Source: Candidatus Omnitrophota bacterium
GTDB lineage: Bacteria; Omnitrophota; Omnitrophia; Omnitrophales; Aquincolibacteriaceae
Length of the DNA: 64,000 nt
Reading direction: 5' to 3'
NCBI GenBank assembly: GCA_022711115.1
Contig: JAKLFP010000002.1
Span: forward strand, 207,674-271,673
Of the stretch, positions 1 through 8,919 are shown piece after piece (within the stretch, counting starts at the first letter, position 1; every line of letters starts with the position of its first letter). The position numbers and the translations under genes were made by a program. The notes beneath the pieces were generated by a model. It saw only the letters and a program-made list of their open reading frames with translations. It was not told the origin of the DNA and did not search any database.

Positions 1-311
1 TTTTCATCTCGTGCCGCAATTTCCGCAAGAGATTTACGATTCAAGCTCACCTTGTTCTTTTTAAGGGCATCGATGAATCTTGAATAGGAAATCCCGCTCG
101 CCCTGCAGGCCGCATTGATGCGGACATTCCAAAGCTGGCGGAAATGGCGCTTGCGCTGTTTGCGATCACGCGTGGCGAACGCCATGGCGCGCGCAACGGT
201 TTCCTTGGCCGTGCGAAGAAGACTACCGCGACCTCCGACAAAACCTTTGGCACGCTTGAAGATCTTCTTTTTCGTTTTTCGAGTAGCTACTGTGTGTGTG
301 GTCCTTGGCAT
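1..311 (-). CDS. rplT: 50S ribosomal protein L20 (3' end runs off the window)
   Basis: Minus-strand translation from the ATG at 311 gives MPRTTHTVATRKTKKKIFKRAKGFVGGRGSLLRTAKETVARAMAFATRDRKQRKRHFRQLWNVRINAA..., a classic L20 sequence. A GAGGAG RBS sits upstream. No stop falls before position 1. Confidence 0.85.
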   Translation of the reverse strand, partial: MPRTTHTVATRKTKKKIFKRAKGFVGGRGSLLRTAKETVARAMAFATRDRKQRKRHFRQLWNVRINAACRASGISYSRFIDALKKNKVSLNRKSLAEIAARDE

Positions 312-357
312 AAATCACTCCTCTTCGTGTGTCAATTCAGACCGCGTCCTTCATGGA

Positions 358-558
358 TCACTGGTCGTACGGCATGCAACGCTTAATCGCGGTAACATGC
401 ATGGGTTCGACCCCAAGCGACCGGCGGTTTTGTCGCTTTTTTTTGGGTGAACGGTCGGTCAACATGTGGCGCGTAAAAGATTTTTTCCCGAGCACTTTGC
501 CGGTCTTGGTGATTCTGTACCGCTTCTTCATGGCTTTTTTAGTTTTCAACTTTGGCAT
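358..558 (-). CDS. rpmI: 50S ribosomal protein L35
   Basis: MPKLKTKKAMKKRYRITKTGKV... has the L35 signature. The start was chosen at the internal ATG (558), which follows a GAGGAAA RBS. Confidence 0.85.
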   Translation of the reverse strand: MPKLKTKKAMKKRYRITKTGKVLGKKSFTRHMLTDRSPKKKRQNRRSLGVEPMHVTAIKRCMPYDQ

Positions 559-568
559 TTTCGTTTCC

Positions 569-1156
569 TCATTCTGTCTTCGGCGGCAAAGCATTCGCAC
601 TTGCCGGTTCATTTGATGAAGCCTCTTTTTTCTTCACAGGCGCTATCTTCGTCAGATAGACCTGAATAGCCTTCCCCTCTAAACCATCATTCCGTTCAAT
701 CATGGCAATATCCGACAGGTCCTGGATAAAGCGATCCACAAGTAAACGACCTTTGTCCACATACACGATCTCACGCCCGCGAAAGAAAACCACCAGTTTC
801 ACTTTGTCCCCGCGCTCGATAAAACGGCGCGCGTTGCGAAGTTTTGTCTGGTAATCATGATCTTCGATCTTGGTGGTCATTTTCACTTCCTTGATATCAA
901 TGACCTTTTGTTTTTTGCGGGATTCCTTTTCCTTCTTGCCCAGCGTGTAAAGGTATTTCCCAAGATCCATGATCCGGCATACCGGCGGGGTCGTCGTGGC
1001 CGCGACTTCGACCAGATCCAATCCTGCCTCTAGCGCTCGCTGCATACCCTCTTGCGGCGTCACGATACCGAATTGTTCTCCGGCAGCTCCGATCAACCGG
1101 ATCTGCGGTGAGCGAATACGCTCATTAGCGCGAACTTTTTGTGGACTGAGTGCCAA
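569..1156 (-). CDS. infC: translation initiation factor IF-3
   Basis: ...ANERIRSPQIRLIGAAGEQFGIVTPQEGMQRALEAGLDLVEVAATTTPPVCRIMDLGKY... aligns to IF3. The ORF-track start at 1195 is a TTG that overlaps the thrS stop. The true start is probably a non-AUG codon (a TTG at 1156 after AGGAGG, or the upstream one), so the start is uncertain. Confidence 0.8.
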   Translation of the reverse strand: MALSPQKVRANERIRSPQIRLIGAAGEQFGIVTPQEGMQRALEAGLDLVEVAATTTPPVCRIMDLGKYLYTLGKKEKESRKKQKVIDIKEVKMTTKIEDHDYQTKLRNARRFIERGDKVKLVVFFRGREIVYVDKGRLLVDRFIQDLSDIAMIERNDGLEGKAIQVYLTKIAPVKKKEASSNEPASANALPPKTE

Positions 1157-1172
1157 TGATCCTCCTGAATAG

Positions 1173-2906
1173 TTAAGGGTTGATTCGCTGCGCAATCTCT
1201 TGTTTGATCCGTTGGATCATCGTATCCGGATCCTGAACCCCAAGATCCTTCCGACCGCGCATCCGGACCGCAACGCGACCCGTTTCCATCTCTTTGTCAC
1301 CAATGACAAAGAGATAAGGGACTTTTTCCAGCTCTGCCTCACGCACCTTATGGCCGATCTTCTCGGTTTTTAAATCTTGATCGACTCGAAGTCCTGCATG
1401 CTTTAATGTTTCAATCAACTTTTCCGCAAACGGGATATGACGCTCTGCAATCGTCGCCACACGCACATGCACCGGTGAAAGCCAGAGAGGAAATGCCCCC
1501 GCATAGTGCTCAATCAAGATCCCGATAAAACGCTCCAAACTTCCGAAAATCGCGCGATGCAGCATAATCACGCGATGGTCCTTTCCATCCGCACCCACGT
1601 AATTCAAATCGAAGCGTTCCGGCAAATTCATGTCCAATTGGATGGTGCCGCACTGGAGCGTCCGTCCGATCGCATCTTTTAAATGAAAATCAATCTTCGG
1701 ACCGTAAAAGGCCCCGTCACCCTCATTGATCTTGTACGACATTTTGAGTTCGTCGAGCGCGTTCCGGAGCCCTTCAGTCGCAATCTTCCATTGGTCATCC
1801 GTCCCGAGTGACTTTGCCGGCCGAGTTGAAAGTTCTACATGATAAACAAAATCAAACGCTTTGTACACCTCATCTGTAAAACGGATCGTTTCGACCACAC
1901 TTTCCTGCAGTTTCTCGGGTGTGGTAAAAATATGCGCGTCGTCCTGCGTGAATCCACGCACCCGAAAAAGACCGGACAAAACACCCGAACGCTCATAACG
2001 ATGCACCTTCCCGAATTCTGCTACCTTGAGCGGCAACTCACGGTAGGAATGCTTTTCCTCCTGAAACATCAGCATCCCACCCGGACAATTCATGGGCTTT
2101 AGGGCATAGATTTCTTCTTCTCTTTCGAGAAAAAACATGTTCTCGCGATAATTGTCCCAATGTCCGGAAGTGCGCCAAAGTTTGTCGCGCAAAATAGTCG
2201 GGGTCTCAACTTCCGTGTAACCGTAGGCTGAAAGTTTCTCTCGCATGAACGCAATCAGCAGGTTTTTAAGGAGCAACCCTTTCGGTTTCCAGAACGGAAG
2301 GCCCGATCCCTCGTCATGGAAGCTAAAAAGACCGAGTTGCTTACCGATTCTTCGATGATCGCGTTTTTGGGCCTCTTCACGCTGAAGGATAAAAGCATCT
2401 AATTCTTTAGAAGTTAAAAAAGCGGTCCCGTAGATGCGTTGAAGCATCGGGTTTTTTTCATTCCCGCGCCAATACGCCCCCGCAACCGAGAGCAGCTTGA
2501 AAGCCTTGATTTCATTCGTGTTGGAAACATGGCCACCACCGCACAGATCCGTAAAAGGACCATTTTGAACAAAATTGACAACATCGCCCGGAATGCCGTC
2601 AATGATCTCGAGTTTATACGGCTCCTGCCTCTCCTGATAAATCTTGCGGGCTTCCTCTTTGGAGGCAGACCACGACTTGAATTCCTGACCTTCAAGAATA
2701 ATTTCCCGCATCCTGCTCTCAATTTTCGACAAATCCTCGTCCTGGAAAGCCGTTTTTGAATCGAAGTCATAGTAAAACCCTTCGTCTATCACAGGACCAA
2801 TCGCAAGTTTTGTTCCAGGAAAAAGATCTAGGACAGCTTGGGCGAGAATGTGGGATGCAGAATGCCGCAATCTGTACAACGGTTCGTAGTTCTTATCGTC
2901 TGACAT
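1173..2906 (-). CDS. thrS: threonine--tRNA ligase (short N-terminus)
   Basis: A 577-aa class II aaRS with ThrRS-like catalytic and anticodon-binding regions. It sits in the conserved thrS-infC-rpmI-rplT context. It lacks the long TGS N-domain. Confidence 0.85.
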   Translation of the reverse strand: MSDDKNYEPLYRLRHSASHILAQAVLDLFPGTKLAIGPVIDEGFYYDFDSKTAFQDEDLSKIESRMREIILEGQEFKSWSASKEEARKIYQERQEPYKLEIIDGIPGDVVNFVQNGPFTDLCGGGHVSNTNEIKAFKLLSVAGAYWRGNEKNPMLQRIYGTAFLTSKELDAFILQREEAQKRDHRRIGKQLGLFSFHDEGSGLPFWKPKGLLLKNLLIAFMREKLSAYGYTEVETPTILRDKLWRTSGHWDNYRENMFFLEREEEIYALKPMNCPGGMLMFQEEKHSYRELPLKVAEFGKVHRYERSGVLSGLFRVRGFTQDDAHIFTTPEKLQESVVETIRFTDEVYKAFDFVYHVELSTRPAKSLGTDDQWKIATEGLRNALDELKMSYKINEGDGAFYGPKIDFHLKDAIGRTLQCGTIQLDMNLPERFDLNYVGADGKDHRVIMLHRAIFGSLERFIGILIEHYAGAFPLWLSPVHVRVATIAERHIPFAEKLIETLKHAGLRVDQDLKTEKIGHKVREAELEKVPYLFVIGDKEMETGRVAVRMRGRKDLGVQDPDTMIQRIKQEIAQRINP

Positions 2907-3257
2907 GCTTGTTCAATCTGTACCGGTTTCATTTAAATTCAGGGGCTATTGGCAAATCTCCGCCAACCCAAAAACATAAATTTAAAGCGGTACTAGAAAA
3001 TAATTCCTCCTTATCTTTCTAAAGGGGCTGTATTCTACAATCAGAGATCAAATCTCGCAACTCTTTTCCTAACCTCTTGCATATCAGAGAATTATGGAAG
3101 ATCCGAAATCGAGTGACCGTTACTTTGGGTGACTGTCTTTAAATACTTTGTAATTTTTTTTCACAAATCCCTGTGTCATTTTTAGACGCAGCCTCAAAGG
3201 ACCCCGGATCTCGAATTTTTTAACTTATTGTATTCCCATAAGTTACGATTTTAAATT

Positions 3258-3276
3258 CTTGGCATAGAAACTGCAA
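3258..3276 (+). promoter_or_regulatory. sigma-54-type (-24/-12) promoter candidate
   Basis: TGGCAT-agaaac-TGCA with GG(3261-62)-N10-GC(3273-74) spacing, about 50 nt upstream of the hsp20 ATG. Confidence 0.4.
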
Positions 3277-3328
3277 TATTAGGATTGAAGTAAAAAACAA
3301 CTCATATTCATCATTAAAGGAGGCACGT

Positions 3329-3784
3329 ATGAACAATCTGATGAGACAAACACAAAAATGGTTGGATCCGTTCGATCTGGTCACAGACCTGCAGGATGAT
3401 ATCAACCACCTCTTCTCGACTTCCCTTCGCAGAGGCCAGCCGAGCAACTTCAGCGATTTTGTTCCCAGCGTTGAGATCCATGAGGACGAAAATAATTTCA
3501 CGCTCCACTTGGACGCTCCTGGGATCGACAAAAAGGATATGGATATCTCCGTCACAGGCAATACCGTGACGATCAAAGGGGAACGAAAAATCGAAGAAAA
3601 GAAGAAAGAAAAAGGCTACTTCTATTCCGAGCGGCGCTATGGCAGTTTTCAACGTTCGCTCGAGTTGCCGACCACCGTTGAGTCCGACAAGATCACAGCG
3701 AATTACAAAGACGGAGTGCTTGAACTTGTCGTTCCGAAGTCGGAAAAATCAAAACCGAAGCAAATCAAGGTCGAGGTGAAGTAA
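3329..3784 (+). CDS. Hsp20/alpha-crystallin family small heat shock protein
   Basis: Alpha-crystallin domain motifs are present (DAPGIDKKDMDISV...TVTIKGERK...YGSFQRSLELP...ANYKDGVLELVVPK). An AAAGGAGG RBS precedes the start. Confidence 0.85.
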   Translation: MNNLMRQTQKWLDPFDLVTDLQDDINHLFSTSLRRGQPSNFSDFVPSVEIHEDENNFTLHLDAPGIDKKDMDISVTGNTVTIKGERKIEEKKKEKGYFYSERRYGSFQRSLELPTTVESDKITANYKDGVLELVVPKSEKSKPKQIKVEVK

Positions 3785-3797
3785 CGCGTTTAGTCCC

Positions 3798-3842
3798 CCG
3801 CTGCTCTGTGATAAAATCATCAACAAAGAAACAGAGCAGCGG
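3798..3842 (+). repeat. perfect 12-bp inverted repeat (CCGCTGCTCTGT / ACAGAGCAGCGG) with a 21-nt loop between the two hsp20 genes
   Basis: Read directly from the sequence. It lies immediately 5' of the GGAGG RBS of the second hsp20. No T-tract follows it. Confidence 0.5.
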
Positions 3843-3864
3843 TTGCCTTAGAGGAGGAATGACC

Positions 3865-4638
3865 ATGACCGAATTTTCAGAAAATAAAAAAAATAATATG
3901 AATGTTTTGCACCTCATCATTGCGATATTGGTGCTTGTCTCCGTTGTACAGACCATCGCATTGATCCAACAGAATAAAAACCAGAAGGAATTGGCTGCTA
4001 ATTATCGAAAACAAATTTCCATGCAACAAGAGTTACAGCCAAGGACCGAGCGATTTGTGTCGCAAGCGACCCGTCAGGCACCGCAGGCCTGGTCAAATCT
4101 ATTCCATAAACCAAGGGCTGCGACAAACACCTCGGCAACACCCGCCGTTCCCGCAGCTGGCTTTTTCGACACATGGGACCATGATCCGTTCGAAGAATTT
4201 GACGCGATATCCCGCCGGATGAGCAACATGATGCGACAGGCGTTTCTCATGTCAGGCCCCCTGATGAACCAAGCCGTAACCGGAATGAGCCAGATCGCCA
4301 ATTCGGATTTCATGCCGGCGATTGATCTTCAAGAAACGGACAAGACCTACATTGTGCGCGGCGATCTGCCTGGACTTGATAAAGACAAGATCAACATCAC
4401 GGTCCAAAATAACATGCTGACGCTTCAGGGCATACGGGAAACCGGCTCCGAAACGAGTGACTCCAAACAAGGATTTTACTCGCAGGAAAGAAGTTACGGC
4501 TCTTTCACGCGAACCCTCGCCCTGCCGGGCCCGGTGGATGAAAATAAAATCAGTGCGGAATACAAAAACGGCGTGTTGACCATCACACTTCCGAAACTCA
4601 CAGGCCAAGAGCATAAACAAAAAGTCACAATCCAGTAA
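3865..4638 (+). CDS. membrane-anchored Hsp20-domain protein
   Basis: An N-terminal TM helix (VLHLIIAILVLVSVVQTIALI) is followed by a linker of roughly 130 aa and a C-terminal alpha-crystallin domain (AIDLQETDKTYIVRGDLPGLDKDKINITV...YGSFTRTLALPGPVDENKISAEYKNGVLTITLPK). The start was chosen after the GGAGG RBS. Confidence 0.75.
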   Translation: MTEFSENKKNNMNVLHLIIAILVLVSVVQTIALIQQNKNQKELAANYRKQISMQQELQPRTERFVSQATRQAPQAWSNLFHKPRAATNTSATPAVPAAGFFDTWDHDPFEEFDAISRRMSNMMRQAFLMSGPLMNQAVTGMSQIANSDFMPAIDLQETDKTYIVRGDLPGLDKDKINITVQNNMLTLQGIRETGSETSDSKQGFYSQERSYGSFTRTLALPGPVDENKISAEYKNGVLTITLPKLTGQEHKQKVTIQ

Positions 4639-4646
4639 AACGAATA

Positions 4647-4682
4647 CCCCGGATCAGTTTCCGCCTCATCCGGGGTATTTTT
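4647..4682 (+). terminator. rho-independent terminator after the hsp20 pair
   Basis: A CCCCGGAT...ATCCGGGG stem is followed by TATTTTT. Confidence 0.7.
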
Positions 4683-4733
4683 CCATTGAAAACACAAACA
4701 CATCAGTTTATGATGTCCGCCTTCCACTCCCGT

Positions 4734-4807
4734 GCGCGGTTAGTTCAGTTGGTTAGAACGCTTCCTTGACATGGAAGAGGTCAGAGGTTCGAGTCCTCTA
4801 CCGCGCA
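4734..4807 (+). tRNA. tRNA-Val (anticodon GAC)
   Basis: The acceptor stem GCGCGGT/ACCGCGC has 7 bp. The sequence also carries GTTCGAGTC (T-loop), the anticodon loop TTGACAT, and discriminator A. CCA is not encoded. Confidence 0.85.
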
Positions 4808-4832
4808 GGTTTCATTAAGTATGGCTGGGTCA

Positions 4833-5261
4833 CTACTTTAAGTTTCCGTTTTCGTCATACTTCTTGACCTCTCCCTCATACTTTCCATCCCTGATCACTG
4901 CGTCAAACCTTATTTGCCCGTTTTCGTAATACTCCTTGAGCTGCCCTTCCATATTTCCGTCCTTGTAGACAGCTTCCTGCTGCAACTGCCCGTTTTCGTA
5001 ATACTGCCGCGCTTGCCCTGCAGGTTTTCCATTTTCGTAAGTCATCTCACTTTTTAATTGTCCGTTTTTGTAATAATACTTAATCACCCCTTCAGGCTTT
5101 CCATTCTCGTAAGTCATCTCGCTTTTCAATTGTCCGTCCGCGTAATACGCCCTGACAGGTCCTTCTTCCCCGTATCCGATCGAACTCAATGTGAATAGTA
5201 CAATCACGGTCAATCCGATCAGCCCGCCTCGATGAGTTCCTGTTTTAGCATTCATTTTCAC
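4833..5261 (-). CDS. secreted MORN-variant/YwqK-like repeat protein
   Basis: A signal peptide is followed by repeated YYENGQLKSEMTYENGKPEG units. Confidence 0.6.
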   Translation of the reverse strand: MKMNAKTGTHRGGLIGLTVIVLFTLSSIGYGEEGPVRAYYADGQLKSEMTYENGKPEGVIKYYYKNGQLKSEMTYENGKPAGQARQYYENGQLQQEAVYKDGNMEGQLKEYYENGQIRFDAVIRDGKYEGEVKKYDENGNLK

Positions 5262-5327
5262 AACCCCTTCCTCTTTAAAATAGCTTGCTGCGTTTCTTTT
5301 TGATTGTGATGTGACTTGAATCAGACT

Positions 5328-5528
5328 TTATAGTTTCTTCGTCTTCGACATGTGAGGCATCACAACGCCGCGCAACTCTTTGCAGGCAGCTTCGGATGAA
5401 ACCATTTGCAAAACGCCTCTGGCGTAGCACGCAATATTTTTTTTGGAAAACCAAGGAAAAGCAAACACCGATCCCGTCATGAACACCCCCATGAAGAACA
5501 CGATAAGACTTGCAAGTGATTTTTTCAC
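5328..5528 (-). CDS. small secreted hypothetical protein
   Basis: A 66-aa ORF with an N-terminal signal peptide and two Cys. Confidence 0.35.
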   Translation of the reverse strand: MKKSLASLIVFFMGVFMTGSVFAFPWFSKKNIACYARGVLQMVSSEAACKELRGVVMPHMSKTKKL

Positions 5529-6451
5529 GGATTCAGTCCTCCAGAATTTTAAAGTCCAGCATCATGGCATCATCCCAAAAAATGCGGTATAAGTATATCC
5601 TAGCTGGAATCGACTGACTAGGTGGGTTTTAGTGAACTGGTGGAATCACCTCGCAGCCGCACATTCACGAATCTCAAGGGTATGCTGGCAGCGATCACAA
5701 TATGGCTGAATCTAACAAGGTGGGCATCTGCAAAGCAGCTTCGGAAAACAAAACAGCTAACAAAAGGGCTGATCGAAGTTAATCAGCAGAAGTCTGTGCG
5801 CTCGGGATATTTTGCTGTGCAATGGGTGCACTCGTACTCGCAGACATTTCAGACCGGTAAGATGCGGCACGGCCTTCAGGGCGAAGCGTAATATCAGCAA
5901 AGGCAGGGGGCATAGCCTGAAAAATAAAAAAAGCAAATAAAAAAAGGATGATACCGATCTTCTGAAAAATTGAATTCCGTTGCTGCTGAAAATGATTCTT
6001 TTTTGAGTGCATTTTGTCCGCCGCCTTCAGATGAATTTTTCTCTCCAGATCCATGGACCTGTTGGAGAGCACTACTTTAAAATCTCATGCCATGAAAATC
6101 CTCTAAAGATTAGCATGTGAAAAATCCGTTGTCAACTTGCGCAACCCATTACAAATAAACGGGTTAAGACTTATTTTAAAATTTAAAAAGTGTTTTTTTG
6201 GTCGAATGTCCGAGTTTCACGTAATTTGCGAGTGCTGTGAAAGTCAAAAATTGAAAACCATTCCTCATTTCCCTGCATTAGGACAAACTCACCACCGAAG
6301 CACCTTCAGCCTATACGGACGGAAACCTTCAAATGATAGGTCTGTGTATGAAGGAATGCCGCTTGCAAAACGGCTCATGGGTCTTGCCTAAAATCGCTTA
6401 ACAAGGAATATGTTTTAAGTAAAGTAAATCAAGGCGAGCCTGATCGATATT

Positions 6452-6826
6452 CTATCTGCTAAAACCCACCCCCAAAAAGCCCAAGAAAAGTAAGATAAAC
6501 AAAAAACCGGTAATGGAACCTATTGCTAAATTTCTTTTAAGATCCAAAAACCATTTGGGCAAAACAAGCACCGTGAAAATAAAAAATCCCACGAGCAAAC
6601 AGTTTAAAAAGACCCACGGAAATCTTGCATGCGGTTGGCCGATACTGTTTATAAGCATCAAAAAAAAAGCAAGGACGCTTCCGCCCCCTAGCAGCATCGT
6701 CAGAATAAGACCGGGTAAAAAACCGCTTGTTTTCTGCTTGTTGAGTTGAATTTCCATATTCGATGAGTTTTGCATGACATTCATAGCTTTCCCTTTTTCA
6801 GCTCGTATATCGATCTTTGATTCCAA
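6452..6826 (-). CDS. hypothetical integral membrane protein
   Basis: A 124-aa ORF with three or four hydrophobic helices. Confidence 0.4.
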   Translation of the reverse strand: MESKIDIRAEKGKAMNVMQNSSNMEIQLNKQKTSGFLPGLILTMLLGGGSVLAFFLMLINSIGQPHARFPWVFLNCLLVGFFIFTVLVLPKWFLDLKRNLAIGSITGFLFILLFLGFLGVGFSR

Positions 6827-7069
6827 TTTGGAATTACCCTAGCTATTAAACTATCGGTCATTCTTGCAAAATCCTGAACAGATGGGTTCGTACCGCTTTC
6901 AAATTTAATCTATGAACGGATGAAGAATTGTGTAATGAATCGTGCGGGGCATTAGATGAATTTTGAGAGAATGGCCTCATGCCAAACCTTCTACAAACAA
7001 AAAGGGACAGGTAAAATGAAATATTCAACCTGTCCCTTCAATAACTGTTGTATCTTTTTTCTAAAAGCT

Positions 7070-7486
7070 TTAAACTCCTTCTGCTTCCTCCTCCTCTTCG
7101 TCTTCCTCTTCATGGATTTTGCTTTTATTATCGATGGCTTTCTGAAGCGCAACTTTCGCCTTTTCCGATTTGACCTTTTCCAGATTCCTGGTCAAAACTT
7201 CGATGGCACGGGCACCTTTATTGGCTTTGTTCGGATTGTCTATCTTTTCCTCACTCGCCTTTGCAAGTGGCTTTTCTGACGCCATCATGGTCTCTGTGGT
7301 CGTAGGTTTGCCATGTTCTGCAGTTATCTTAGCTGTTGCATTCTGAATGCCCTTGGCAGCTTTTTCCGCTGCATGCGAAGCACCTTTCGGTAGATCTGTC
7401 GGCTGAATCGCGTAAGCAGACACCGAAAAAAAGGCAACGGCAACTACCAATGCAATGCCGATTTTTGTCAATGTTTTGACTTTCAT
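7070..7486 (-). CDS. secreted Lys/Ala-rich protein with a polyacidic tail
   Basis: It has a signal peptide (VAFFSVSAYA), KA-rich low complexity, and a C-terminal EEEDEEEEEAEGV. Confidence 0.45.
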   Translation of the reverse strand: MKVKTLTKIGIALVVAVAFFSVSAYAIQPTDLPKGASHAAEKAAKGIQNATAKITAEHGKPTTTETMMASEKPLAKASEEKIDNPNKANKGARAIEVLTRNLEKVKSEKAKVALQKAIDNKSKIHEEEDEEEEEAEGV

Positions 7487-7684
7487 TTTTGAATCCCCCT
7501 TTTTTGAATACTTTTCAAAATCTCTTCAAAAGTAAGTCTTATAAGAAAAATAACATATCCTCATTTTCAGTCAAATAAATGTTATATTCTGATAAGATTT
7601 GCTACATAAAATTCGTATACTTTACTGAAAAATTTTGTTCGTGCAGACCAATGAATATGGAAATCTAGAAAATTTTTTAGGCAA

Positions 7685-8119
7685 TTACAAGATTAACGTG
7701 CGGGAGACGCCGGATTTAATATCCTTAAGCGTCACGGAATTGGGTGTGATGGTGGTGACTTCCTGATCATCAATGCGGGCACGGACTTCCAGCATATTAC
7801 CGTTAATAACCGCAAACGGATGATCGGCATTATAGATAATACCGCCCAGAACATAGTCATTCTCCGTTGCCCCGGAAGAGCCGGCTATTTGTGTCCGCAG
7901 CTGAGGCCGTATCTGTTCTGAAAGCAGTTTATTCTTATCCATGCGAAGCAAGAGAAAAAAAGCGGCCACAATCAGAGCTACAAAAAAAACAGAGGCTACA
8001 AAAAGCGTTAGCCAGTTTAAATACTTCCGCTCACGAGTAACAAATCCTTCCTTCGATGGAAGGACATCGGAATCATTTTTTTTCTGTATCTGCTTCAAAT
8101 AATCATAAACAATACTCAT
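7685..8119 (-). CDS. membrane protein, GspB-like position (last gene of the pilus/T2SS operon)
   Basis: A single TM helix. It overlaps the ExeA/GspA gene by 4 nt, which suggests translational coupling. Confidence 0.45.
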   Translation of the reverse strand: MSIVYDYLKQIQKKNDSDVLPSKEGFVTRERKYLNWLTLFVASVFFVALIVAAFFLLLRMDKNKLLSEQIRPQLRTQIAGSSGATENDYVLGGIIYNADHPFAVINGNMLEVRARIDDQEVTTITPNSVTLKDIKSGVSRTLIL

Positions 8120-8919
8120 CGGATCTCTTCCATCGCGGCAAAAATAATTTCGGAACTCAAGGTTTTTTCCTTACGGACAAACCCGAGCAAAAGCGCCCTG
8201 TCGCAAAGGAGATTTACAAGGCGCGGGATCCCTTTCGAAAATTCATGGATCATGCGATACCCTTCCGCGGGAATGGACACCCCTGTCACCCCGGAGTGTT
8301 GCAGGCGAAAATCTATATAGGCCTTCACTTCGTTGAATTCGAGGGGCTGAAGCTCGCACTTGATCACGATACGCTGATAAATCTGCCGCAGGTCAAACCG
8401 ATGCAAACTTGCCTTAAGCTCCGGCTGACCCACCAGGACGATCTGCAGAAGTTTTCCGTGCTTTGTCTCAAGATTGGACAAAAGACGAATCTGTTCTAAC
8501 TGGTAGCCTCTGAGGTTTTGCGCTTCATCGATGATCAAGACTGCATTGCCCTGATTCAAACTGAGATGGATCAAGAAGGCATCCAACTTTTTGACAATAT
8601 CAAGATGGGTCTTTTTCTCAGGCTCAATGCCGAAGTCCTCGACAATCGCCTGCAAAAGCTGAAGGTCATTGAAATACGGACTCAAAACAAGCGAGGTCCG
8701 CACTGACTTTGGCAATCGTTCCAAAAGCGTCTTGCAAAGCGTCGTTTTGCCGGTCCCCACTTCCCCGGTAATCAGAATCAGCCCCTTGCGTTCTTCAATG
8801 CCGTACATCATCAAAGCCAGGGCCTCTTTGTGAGACCGGCCTTCAAAGAAAAAATCCGCATCCGTGGTAATGTTAAACGGCTGAGTCCTGAACCCGTAGA
8901 ATTCCTGAAGCGCGGTCAT
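8116..8919 (-). CDS. ExeA/GspA-family AAA ATPase
   Basis: Walker A motif GEVGTGKTT with ExeA-like overall length and layout. Confidence 0.75.
   Translation of the reverse strand: MTALQEFYGFRTQPFNITTDADFFFEGRSHKEALALMMYGIEERKGLILITGEVGTGKTTLCKTLLERLPKSVRTSLVLSPYFNDLQLLQAIVEDFGIEPEKKTHLDIVKKLDAFLIHLSLNQGNAVLIIDEAQNLRGYQLEQIRLLSNLETKHGKLLQIVLVGQPELKASLHRFDLRQIYQRIVIKCELQPLEFNEVKAYIDFRLQHSGVTGVSIPAEGYRMIHEFSKGIPRLVNLLCDRALLLGFVRKEKTLSSEIIFAAMEEIR

Noticed and set aside
5600-5900. Possible structured ncRNA (tmRNA/6S/RNase P) in the ORF-poor segment after the small secreted gene
   Set aside because: None of the hallmark sequence motifs of those RNAs could be recognised by eye. It is left unannotated.
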